This document shows, in pieces, positions 9,239-18,400 of a stretch of 31,803 nucleotides of DNA. Within the stretch, counting starts at the first letter, position 1. Each line of letters opens with the position of its first letter. The translations under genes were made by a program, and so were the position numbers. The stretch lies in IMG/VR virus record IMGVR_UViG_3300020016_000031, positions 1 to 31,803 of that record; one strand, 5' to 3'. A model generated the notes under the pieces. It saw nothing but the letters and a program-made list of their open reading frames with translations. It was not told where the DNA came from and did not search any database. This DNA is from a virus (lineage: Duplodnaviria > Caudoviricetes).

Positions 9239-9521
9239 TCTACAGGTTCTCCTAGAGCAACTTGCGGATCACGTATATTTTCAGCCGCCCGAGAACGTGC
9301 AGATGCAGTATCCCTGCATTGTCTACAAGCGCGATTTCGCGGAGACTGAACACGCCGATAATGGCTCATATCGCATCACTTTGCGGTATATGGTCACGGT
9401 TATCGACCGAGATCCGGATAGCACCATCGTTCAAGCCGTTGCCCTGTTGCCGATGTGCACGATGAATCGGTTCTTCACGGCTGACGGCCTGAATCACGAC
9501 GTCTTCACCTTGTTCTTCTGA
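9222..9521 (+). CDS. Tail terminator protein
   Basis: VYFQPP..YPCIVY motif; directly upstream of the major tail gene. Confidence 0.7.
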   Translation: MAPRLDLQVLLEQLADHVYFQPPENVQMQYPCIVYKRDFAETEHADNGSYRITLRYMVTVIDRDPDSTIVQAVALLPMCTMNRFFTADGLNHDVFTLFF

Positions 9522-9536
9522 GCGAAAGGCAGAAGC

Positions 9537-10427
9537 ATGACAGCTTTGACCTGGGATCAGGTCGGCGAGCGCCTGTACGAGACTGGCGTCGATCACGGCG
9601 TCCTCTACATCCCCGACGAGACCGGCAGCTACGAGAGCGGCGTGGCCTGGAACGGCCTCACCACCGTGACAGAGTCGCCGACGGGCGCGGAGTCCAACCC
9701 GCAGTACGCGGACAACATCAAGTACCTCAACCTGCTGTCGGCCGAGGAGTTCGGCGCCACGGTCGAGGCCTTCACCTACCCGGACGAGTTCGGCCAGTGC
9801 GACGGCACGCTCGAACCGGTGCCCGGCGTTCTCGTCGGTCAGCAGAGCCGCAAGCAGTTCGGTCTCTGCTACCGCACCAAGGTCGGCAACGATCTCGACG
9901 GGCAGGACCACGGCTACAAGCTGCATCTCATCTACGGCGCCCTGGCGGCGCCGTCCGAGAAGGCCTACGCCACCATCAACGACTCGCCCGAGGCGATCTC
10001 GTTCAGCTGGGAGCTGACGACGACGCCGGTCGCGGTCGAGGGCGCCACCGGGCAGTACAAGTCGACGGCCCTGATCGTCATCGACTCGACCAAGGTCGAT
10101 GCGGCCGCCCTCGCCGATCTCGAGGAGATCCTCTACGGCTCGGCCGGTGTCGACGCACGCCTTCCCTCGCCGTCCGAGGTCATCGATCTGTTCGAGGGCA
10201 CGACGACCGACGTCCGGCTCACCGCCGCCAACGCCCCGACGTACGTCCAGGCCACCCACATCGTCACGCTGCCCAACGTGGTCGGCGTCGAGTGGACGAT
10301 CAACGGCGTCGAGGCGGCTCCGGGCGCTCAGCCTGCGCTGGCTGTCGGCGAGACCGCGCTGGTCGAGGCCCACGCCACCCCGGGTCACCGCATCACCGGC
10401 GACGACGACTGGACGTTCGACTACTAG
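9537..10427 (+). CDS. Major tail protein
   Basis: WDQVGERLYETGVDHGVLY..AWNGLT..YADNIKY (phi13-like tail tube); optimised codons; C-terminal accessory domain. Confidence 0.85.
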   Translation: MTALTWDQVGERLYETGVDHGVLYIPDETGSYESGVAWNGLTTVTESPTGAESNPQYADNIKYLNLLSAEEFGATVEAFTYPDEFGQCDGTLEPVPGVLVGQQSRKQFGLCYRTKVGNDLDGQDHGYKLHLIYGALAAPSEKAYATINDSPEAISFSWELTTTPVAVEGATGQYKSTALIVIDSTKVDAAALADLEEILYGSAGVDARLPSPSEVIDLFEGTTTDVRLTAANAPTYVQATHIVTLPNVVGVEWTINGVEAAPGAQPALAVGETALVEAHATPGHRITGDDDWTFDY

Positions 10428-10454
10428 TCCGGGGGACCGGCAGGAGGCCAGAGG

Positions 10455-10994
10455 ATGCTCACGATCACAGTTCCAGGGAACGAGCAGTTCGATGAGAGGT
10501 CACAGGAATTCGTCACTCCTGCCATCGCTGTTCTGGAGCTGGAGCATTCTCTGGCCGCACTGTCAAAATGGGAGGCAAAGTACGAGAAGCCGTTCCTCGG
10601 TGTTGCCGAGAAGACAACGGACGAAGTGATGGACTACGTTCGCATGATGATGTTGACCGAAGTTCCAGAGGAGATTTTCCAGAAACTCTCCGAAGAGAAT
10701 CTCAACGCGGTCAACAACTACATCGACGCGAAGATGACGGCCACCTGGTTCCCCCAAGCGCCTTCATCCCCAAGAACCAACGAAGTGATCACTGCCGAGC
10801 TCATCTACTACTGGATGATCACGTTCCAGATCCCGTTCGAGTGTCAATACTGGCATCTCAACCGGCTGTTCACACTGATCCAGGTCTGCAATGTCAAGAC
10901 GGCGAAGCCGAAGAAGATGAGCAAGAACGAGATCGCCCGCAGGAACCGAGAACTCAACGCTCAGCGTAAGGCACAGCTGGGCACGACAGGCTGA
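10455..10994 (+). CDS. Tail assembly chaperone
   Basis: Follows the major tail gene; LEHSLAALSKWE..KPFL and WHLNRL motifs; GGAGG RBS. Confidence 0.65.
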   Translation: MLTITVPGNEQFDERSQEFVTPAIAVLELEHSLAALSKWEAKYEKPFLGVAEKTTDEVMDYVRMMMLTEVPEEIFQKLSEENLNAVNNYIDAKMTATWFPQAPSSPRTNEVITAELIYYWMITFQIPFECQYWHLNRLFTLIQVCNVKTAKPKKMSKNEIARRNRELNAQRKAQLGTTG

Positions 10995-11005
10995 AAGGGG
11001 GTGAC

Positions 11006-11806
11006 GTGACAGCTATCAAATGGACGGAACCGGGCAAGCGCATCTTCCGTACAGGTGTCGATCGAGGCGTGTTGTACCTGAACGACGGGCGAGCGGTGCC
11101 ATGGAACGGTTTGACCTCCGTGGAGGATGGTTCTGAACGCGAGGTTCAGGCCTATTACATGGACGGGGTAAAGTATCTCAGCAAAATTACCCCGGGGGAC
11201 TTTTCCGGCAAACTCAAAGCATTCACCTATCCCGTGGAGTTCGACCGGATGAACGGGATCGAAACTGTCGCTCCGGGACTGTCCTACTACGACCAACCGC
11301 CGGAAGACTTCAGCCTGTCGTACAGGACATTGATCGGAAACGATCTCGACGGCACGGATCACGGCTACATGATCCATGTTCTGTACAACCTTGTCGCTGA
11401 ACCCGAGACCGTGAACTATCAGTCGCTCTCCGACGGCGTGAACCCCGTCGAATTCGGCTGGTCACTGACGGGAACGCCCCCTCCACTCAAGGGGCATCGT
11501 CCGACCGTCCACATCTCGCTCGATTCAACACTATTCGACGAGAGTGCGCTGAAGGCGATCGAGGACATCCTCTACGGGACCGCCACCACGTCACCGCGGC
11601 TCCCGTCGATCGAGGAGATCACCGAATTCATCCAGATGCTGGGTTCGCTCATCATCATCGACAACTTCGATGGCACCTGGACGGCGATCGACGCAGCCAA
11701 CGATTACATCACCATGCTCGATTCGACGACACTTCGGATCGACAACGCCGATGTCGAGATCCTGGACATCAGCACCTACACGATCTCTACCACCAATCCC
11801 GAGTAA
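11006..11806 (+). CDS. Second major-tail-like protein (paralog)
   Basis: W..G.R.FRTGVDRGVLY..WNGLT..AFTYP..YRTLIGNDLDG aligns by eye with 9537-10427. Confidence 0.8.
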   Translation: MTAIKWTEPGKRIFRTGVDRGVLYLNDGRAVPWNGLTSVEDGSEREVQAYYMDGVKYLSKITPGDFSGKLKAFTYPVEFDRMNGIETVAPGLSYYDQPPEDFSLSYRTLIGNDLDGTDHGYMIHVLYNLVAEPETVNYQSLSDGVNPVEFGWSLTGTPPPLKGHRPTVHISLDSTLFDESALKAIEDILYGTATTSPRLPSIEEITEFIQMLGSLIIIDNFDGTWTAIDAANDYITMLDSTTLRIDNADVEILDISTYTISTTNPE

Positions 11807-11815
11807 GGAGGTGAA

Positions 11816-13549
11816 ATGGCTACAGTCACAGCTGTTACCGCCGAGCGAACGCTGGCAATCGAAGCAGCGTCGATCGTTGACGGCGATGTCGTCGGTGACA
11901 ATCTGATCCTCACTCGGCATGACGGTGGGCAGATCAACGCGGGATCCGTTCGGGGCGCGCAAGGCGTTCCTGGACCACCCAGCACCGATCTTTCGGTCAT
12001 CACGGCACAACCGGTGCTCGATGTCGGCCTCGTCGGTCAGATTCGCGCCGGACGGCAGCTCACTGCCGCGGATTTCACGAACATGGGGCTCTCAGCTCCA
12101 CTGGGTCTGTGGAATCTCTCGGATCTGACGGATGTCAGCGGCAACGGCCGCAATCTGCTCAACAAGGGCGCCGTCACCTTCGACAAGGGTATCCACGGGC
12201 TCGCGACGACAGCCGCCAAGTTCACGGGCACCATCGGCCAGGCGCTATATCTGGCCACTCCCGCTGCGGATCCCTTCGCGATCAAGACCGGCAGTTTCGG
12301 GTGCTGGTTCAAGACCGCCAAGCGGGGAACCGCGCAGATCCTGATCGGCAAGTGGGGGGCAACCACCGCTGCCTGCTGGATTATGTACATCTCGGACATC
12401 AACCGGCTGCATCTCGACTACAACATCGGTGCGGGACCTGTCGGTGGACCCGACGGACTCAGCGATATTTGCGACGATCGCTGGCATTTCGGCGTCACCA
12501 CCTTCGACGGCACGCTGGTCAAGCTGTACGTCGACACCGTGCTCGAGGTGACGAGTAATGTCGCCGGTCAGTTCAATCAGGGCAATGGGCCGCTGAACAT
12601 CGGTCTCGGTGGTGCCGATGCCGGGGCTGCAGGCGCCACGCCGAACTTCGGCCGTATCGACGAGGCGTTCGTCACCAACGAAGTGCTCAGCGATGATCAG
12701 ATCCGCAATCTGTACTGCGCGAAAATCCCGCATGCACTCGGTGCAACACCGTCGCGTACGTCGCTCAACGTTCGTCGCCGTCGTCGGAACCCGATACTCG
12801 CGGTTGCCGATTTCACGACCCAGCCACTGCGACTGTACAACTTCGCGGCCGGTTCGCTGGGCGACGAAGGTTCGCACGGCATCGCGCTGAACAACTCAGC
12901 AGCCGTGACGACGTCCAGTGTCGACGGTAAGCCGGACAGCGCCTACAGCTTCTTCGGCACCAATCAGGTGCTGCTCAACAACGACACCAATCTCCCGGCG
13001 CTGCTCACCAAGCGCTCCTACGGCTGCTGGTTCAAGACCACGATGGCCACTTCGGGAGGTCTGGTCGGCTGGGGCGCCAATCAGGGCGATATTCGCCTCG
13101 TCGTCGAGCCCCCGGGCATACTCGTCGCCTGGACACCTAGCGGGGCTGCCAGCGGTCCATTCGTCTCCGACGGAATGTGGCACATGGCCATCGTCGTCGA
13201 AGATGACACGGTGAACGACGGCAAGCAGAAGCTATATCTCGATGGCCGCCTCGTAGCCACGGGTGCGACGTTGGGTTCGGCAGCGCTTGCCGGGGTCAAT
13301 CGTTTCTGCGTCGGGCGCAAGCCTGATTCCTCGGCATCCTTCGCCGGTCAGATCGACAGTGTCTTCGTGTGCGGCTACGCGATGACCACTGACGAGATCT
13401 ACAAGATCTACGCGAAGGGTTCGCAGACGCTGGCTTCATCGCCCAAGAACGCGGGCGACCACGTCGAAGCTCTGACTGCGACCGACATCCTGGCCACGTT
13501 CGACACGCTCGAGACCACTTCGCAGGTGGATCTGGGGGTGGCGGCATGA
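11816..13549 (+). CDS. Tail fibre / receptor-binding protein with two LamG (concanavalin A-like) domains
   Basis: Short collagen-like GAQGVPGPP; duplicated GCWFKT..WH..LY.D..G.ID motifs. Confidence 0.75.
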   Translation: MATVTAVTAERTLAIEAASIVDGDVVGDNLILTRHDGGQINAGSVRGAQGVPGPPSTDLSVITAQPVLDVGLVGQIRAGRQLTAADFTNMGLSAPLGLWNLSDLTDVSGNGRNLLNKGAVTFDKGIHGLATTAAKFTGTIGQALYLATPAADPFAIKTGSFGCWFKTAKRGTAQILIGKWGATTAACWIMYISDINRLHLDYNIGAGPVGGPDGLSDICDDRWHFGVTTFDGTLVKLYVDTVLEVTSNVAGQFNQGNGPLNIGLGGADAGAAGATPNFGRIDEAFVTNEVLSDDQIRNLYCAKIPHALGATPSRTSLNVRRRRRNPILAVADFTTQPLRLYNFAAGSLGDEGSHGIALNNSAAVTTSSVDGKPDSAYSFFGTNQVLLNNDTNLPALLTKRSYGCWFKTTMATSGGLVGWGANQGDIRLVVEPPGILVAWTPSGAASGPFVSDGMWHMAIVVEDDTVNDGKQKLYLDGRLVATGATLGSAALAGVNRFCVGRKPDSSASFAGQIDSVFVCGYAMTTDEIYKIYAKGSQTLASSPKNAGDHVEALTATDILATFDTLETTSQVDLGVAA

Positions 13550-13911
13550 GAACCAAGTCCGGGCGATGGGTGTCCAATCGCGGACCGTTCACGTTTTCCC
13601 CCAGCATGGAAGTCGCAGGTATCACGGGCGATTTCGCTGGTGGTTTCGTCCATGTCGACGGGATCGTTCTGGAGGCCAACCCCGGTGCCAGCAACTGGAT
13701 CGCGTTGATCGTGTTGGTCGATGGTGTGCCCAACGGTCCCAGTCGTACGATCTGGCAGGCCACCGGCCAGTCGAACATGCAGGCAGCTCTTGGCCACAGC
13801 GTTCGTGTGCCACCGGGTCGCCACCATGTGGGTCTCCAACTCACCTCAAGCAATGCCGCGGCTTGGAGTGCCAACGGGGGATACATCGAAGTCACCGAAC
13901 CGCCCACATAA
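13546..13911 (+). CDS. Hypothetical protein (tail module, beta-rich)
   Basis: ATGA overlap with the fibre gene; GGGGGTGG RBS. Confidence 0.55.
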   Translation: MRTKSGRWVSNRGPFTFSPSMEVAGITGDFAGGFVHVDGIVLEANPGASNWIALIVLVDGVPNGPSRTIWQATGQSNMQAALGHSVRVPPGRHHVGLQLTSSNAAAWSANGGYIEVTEPPT

Positions 13912-13919
13912 GGAGCGCA

Positions 13920-14249
13920 ATGCCTGACGACACATATTTGGCGATTGCTGAGATCGCTGACAGCGAAACGATGCGCAACCGCATGAACGCGGCGGTCACG
14001 CAGCAGGTTCATCTCGGCAACACGCCGCTGATCGGCGTGAATCCCGCGAACGATCCGCTCAGCTGGGTCGGCCGCAATCGCTACGTGTGGGCCAGCTCTC
14101 CCGGTTGGGGCGCCGCATGGGCGTACGCCAAGCTCAGCAACGAGGCGGACGCCGACTACGACCCGGCCAAGGACGAAGCCTGCATCACGGATGGCATGAT
14201 CCTCGCCACCGTCCAGGCGCTCGGGAACCCGCAACCGCCTGACGAATGA
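13920..14249 (+). CDS. Hypothetical protein (tail module)
   Basis: ATG 13920 after AAGGAG; ITDGMILATVQAL C-terminus resembles small phage tail-associated proteins. Confidence 0.6.
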   Translation: MPDDTYLAIAEIADSETMRNRMNAAVTQQVHLGNTPLIGVNPANDPLSWVGRNRYVWASSPGWGAAWAYAKLSNEADADYDPAKDEACITDGMILATVQALGNPQPPDE

Positions 14250-15118
14250 GATTCGAACTCGGTGGAGGTCTCATCCGTCCTGCCCCGCTAGTCCTCTACC
14301 TGGCGAATGGCGTTCCGTTCGCCCCGGCTCCGTACTTCGACAAGGGCTATCGATATTTCGATGTGATCTGCATCGGAGGGGGAGGGGGTACTGGTGGTGG
14401 TATCGACACGGGCAATACCGGTACCCTGGTACGGAACTACGGCGGAGCTGGAGGTGGTGGTGGACTCCATCGGGTCCAGGGTCTCCTATCTGCTCTACCA
14501 GCGGCATGCCCAGTTGTCGTTGGAGCCGGTGGTGTTCGTGGGACGGAGCATGCCTCTGACCCCGCGCAAACGACGGACGGGACCGACGGCGGATATTCCG
14601 CTTTCAACACAACCACTTGCCGAGCTTCGGGCGGCAAGGGTGGCAAGCGAGCTCAGACGAACTCTGTGACCGTCACAACACAAGCACACGGAGGCGTGGG
14701 TGGAGCGGGTAATTCGATCGTGGCTGGCGGCGGAGCTGCGGGGGGCACGGCGGGCACGCCAACCGCAGGAGGACCCGGAGTCGCCGGTGTCGCAGGATCA
14801 GACGGAACCTGGGACGGAGTCATTGGAAAGGGCGGTGGAGGAGGAGCCGGAGGCGTTGGCCAGTACGGCGGCATAACCTGCGTCCGAGGAACTACTGGTG
14901 GGCGTGGCTCCTACAACGCTGGCGATCTGTCGGTCTACGGACAAGCCGATGATCCGGGTACTGATGGCGCGACAGGCGCCGCAGCCGTCAACCCCGGCGG
15001 CGCAGGTGGTGCCAAAGCCACACCTGTGAACAACTTGCCTGATATTTACGGCAAGTCCAGCGGACCCTCGATAGTCGCGTTCCCCGGCATCGTGGTCATC
15101 CGACTCGCTCTTCCATGA
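14246..15118 (+). CDS. Glycine-rich minor tail protein
   Basis: VICIGGGGG..GGAGGGGG..VVVGAGG..GIVVIR glycine-rich domain pattern. Confidence 0.7.
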   Translation: MRFELGGGLIRPAPLVLYLANGVPFAPAPYFDKGYRYFDVICIGGGGGTGGGIDTGNTGTLVRNYGGAGGGGGLHRVQGLLSALPAACPVVVGAGGVRGTEHASDPAQTTDGTDGGYSAFNTTTCRASGGKGGKRAQTNSVTVTTQAHGGVGGAGNSIVAGGGAAGGTAGTPTAGGPGVAGVAGSDGTWDGVIGKGGGGGAGGVGQYGGITCVRGTTGGRGSYNAGDLSVYGQADDPGTDGATGAAAVNPGGAGGAKATPVNNLPDIYGKSSGPSIVAFPGIVVIRLALP

Positions 15119-15492
15119 TCGAGTTCACGGTGAAGGAGGGCTGGGGCCCGACCGAGCGCTGGTTGTCCAAGATGAAGAACGAGCAATGGTTCCGCGTTCT
15201 GGACAAATTCGGCCCGATCGGTGTCGCAGCCCTCTCAAACGCCACCCCATCCGAGAGCGGATTGACCGCCGCTTCCTGGTACTACGAGATCGTGCACAGA
15301 CGTGGCTATCACGCCATTCACTGGCACAATCGCAACATGGTCGACGGCATTCCGGTGGCCGTCATGATCCAGTACGGTCATGGTACCGGTACGGGTGGGT
15401 ACGTGCAGGGTCGGGACTACATCAACCCCGCCATCAGACCCATATTCGAGCAGATCATCAGCGACATCATTAGGGAGGTGAGGAGTCTGTGA
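15115..15492 (+). CDS. Tail completion / HK97 gp10-like neck protein
   Basis: ATPSESGLTAASW..QYGHGTGTGGYVQGRDYINPAI motif; directly before the tape measure gene. Confidence 0.65.
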   Translation: MIEFTVKEGWGPTERWLSKMKNEQWFRVLDKFGPIGVAALSNATPSESGLTAASWYYEIVHRRGYHAIHWHNRNMVDGIPVAVMIQYGHGTGTGGYVQGRDYINPAIRPIFEQIISDIIREVRSL

Positions 15493-18400
15493 GCACTGTC
15501 GACGATCGTGTTGTTTCCGCGTCATTCGAGACGAGTAAATTCCAGCAGGGCGTTTCAACCGTTCTGAGCGGGATCAACCGGTTGAAGCAGGCACTTCACT
15601 TCCCTAATGCGGGCAAGGGGCTCGATCAGGTCAATCAATCGGCAAGCAAGATCAACCTGAGTCATATCTCAAACGCGATCGACGAGATCAAGAACCGCTT
15701 CACAGCGATGAAGGTCGTCGCGCTGCAGGTTCTCGCGGGTATCGCCAGTCAGGCGGTGGCCGCTGGCGGCAGATTCGTGAAGTCGTTCACGTTCGGGCCG
15801 GTGATGGATGGTCTACACGAGTACGAGACAAATCTGAACTCGGTTCAGACGATTCTGGCCAACACGCAGGCATCCGGAGCGAAGCTCAAGGACGTCAACG
15901 CGGCACTCCAGGATCTGAACAACTACTCGGACAAGACGATCTACAACTTCAGCGAGATGGCCCGCAACATCGGCACCTTCACGGCCGCCGGTGTCGATCT
16001 CGATCTCGCGACCCAGTCGATCAAGGGCATCTCCAACCTGGCAGCGTTGTCGGGCTCGAACGCCGAACAGGCGTCGACGGCGATGTATCAGCTGTCCCAG
16101 GCCATATCCTCAGGCAAGGTCGGCCTCCAGGATTGGAACTCTGTCGTCAACGCCGGTATGGGCGGCACGGTCTTCCAGCGAGCACTGGCCACAACGGCCA
16201 CCAAGATGGGAACCCTGAGCGAGGGCGCCGTCCAGCTCAAGGGCAAGATGAAGAACGTCACGATCGAGGGCAACTCGTTCCGCGACTCGATCGCCGCCAA
16301 GCCGGGTGAGAAGTCCTGGCTGACTTCAGACGTCCTGACCAAGACGCTCAAGCAGTTCACGGGCGACATGACCGATGCCGAGCTCAAGGCCGAGGGTTTC
16401 TCGGCTGCTCAGATCAAGGCGATCCAGGCAACGGCCAAGACAGCGTTCAAGGCTGCCACTGAGGTCAAGACGCTCTCAGGCGTGCTCGACGTCGCGAAGG
16501 AATCAGCGGGATCTGGTTGGGCCCAGACATGGCAGATCATTTTCGGGGACTTCGGTGAAGCCAAAGAGCTCTTTACTGGCGTTTCTGTTGCTATTTCTGG
16601 CTTTATCAGCGCTTCTGCTGCTGCTCGCAACAAGGTTCTAGGCGACTGGAAGGAACTCGGCGGTCGGACCATTCTGCTGCGCTCGATCAAGATCGTCTTC
16701 AACGACATCGTCAAGGTCGTCGGCGCGGTCAAGAAGGCCTTCCGGGATGTCTTCCCGCCTACCACAGGCAAGGATCTCTTCAACGCCACGAAGGCCTTCC
16801 GTGAGTTCATCAAGTTCCTCACGCCCGGCATCGAGACGTTGACCAAGATCAGACGGACCTTCGACGGTCTGTTCGCCATCCTCTCCATCGGCCAGCAGGT
16901 CGTGGCGGGGATATTTCACTTCATCGGGAACCTCTTCGATCTGATCCCACAAGGGGACAAGGGGTTCCTGGACATCACGGCCAGCATCGGCTACTGGCTG
17001 CTGACGCTCGACAAGAGCCTCAAGAAGGGCGATCAGATCAACAAGTTCTTCGACAAGCTGACGGGCTATATCGCGAAGCCGATCGCGGTGCTCCAGAAGC
17101 TTCAAAGCAAGATCTCCGATTTCTTCGACAGTTTCCTCCAAGCCGACCCGACGATCCTTGGCAAGGGTCTTGGAGACATGGCCGGTCAGCTGTCGCCGAT
17201 GGAGAAGGTCCTGAAGGTCGTCAACACGGCCTGGGACAAGTTCCTCGAGACGCTGCACAGCATCCAAGCGGAACTGAAGCCGGTCATCGACAGCATCGGC
17301 GAAGCCTTCGCATCGCTCGGCACAGCCATATCCGAGACCTTCCGGGGTGGCAACTTCGGCGACGTCATGGACGCGCTCAAGGTCGGCCTGCTCGGCGGCA
17401 TCCTCGTCACGATCAGGAACTTCTTCAAGAAGGACCTCGGCGAGTCGTTCTTCGGCTCCGTCACGGGCTCGTTCACAGACGCGATGGATGCGCTCACTGG
17501 ACGCATGCAGGCCATGCAGCAGAACATCAAGGCCGACACGCTGATGAAGATCGCAATCGCGATCGGCATCCTCACCGCGTCGGTCGTGGCGTTGTCACTG
17601 ATCAACGAGAAGGAGCTGAACAAGGCGCTCAGCGCGATGGCGATCGGCTTCGGTCAGTTGCTCGGCGCCATGGCGATCCTCAGCAGCGTGAGCAAATCCG
17701 CGGGATTCATCAAGGTCCCGTTCATCGCAGGAGCGATGATATTGCTCGCCACCGCGATCGGCATCCTGACCATTGCGGTCAAGAATCTCTCGAGTCTCAG
17801 CTGGGAAGAGCTGGCAAAGGGTCTCGGAGGCGTGGCCGGTTTGCTCATCGCCATATCCGCAGCGGCAGGTCCGCTGTCGAAAAACTCCGCGGGAATGGTT
17901 CGAGCCGGGGTTGGGATATTGGCAATCGCCGTCGCCATGAAGGTACTGGCGAGTGCGGTCAAGGATTTCGGTTCGATGAGTTGGACCGAGATCGGCAAGG
18001 GGCTGGCAGCGACTGCGGTCGCTCTCGGTGCAATCGGGCTGGCATCCAAGCTGTTCCCCGCTGGGATGATCCAGATCGGTTTGGGATTGATCGGGATCGC
18101 TGTCGGCCTCAAGCTGCTGTCAGGTGCCATCAAGACGATCGGGGACATGGACATGTCCACCCTGATCAAGGGAATCGGCGCAATCGCGATATCTCTCGGG
18201 ATCATCGTGGCCGCCATGATCTTGATGCCGCCGAATCTTCCCGCCACTGCTGCAGGACTGCTGCTGGTCTCGGTGGCGTTGAAGGTGATCGCAAGCGCCA
18301 TCGGTGATTTCGGTGGCATGTCGATCGGTGAGCTGGCCAAGGGTCTGGGCGCACTCGCTGCGTCCATGATCATATTGGGGCTGGCGCTGTACGGGATGAC

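Noticed and set aside
10455-11010. Programmed frameshift in the tail assembly chaperone
   Set aside because: No convincing slippery site or overlapping second ORF seen; the next gene is a tail-tube paralog with its own RBS
14246-15118. GGN-rich low-complexity DNA considered as a repeat element
   Set aside because: It simply encodes a glycine-rich tail protein
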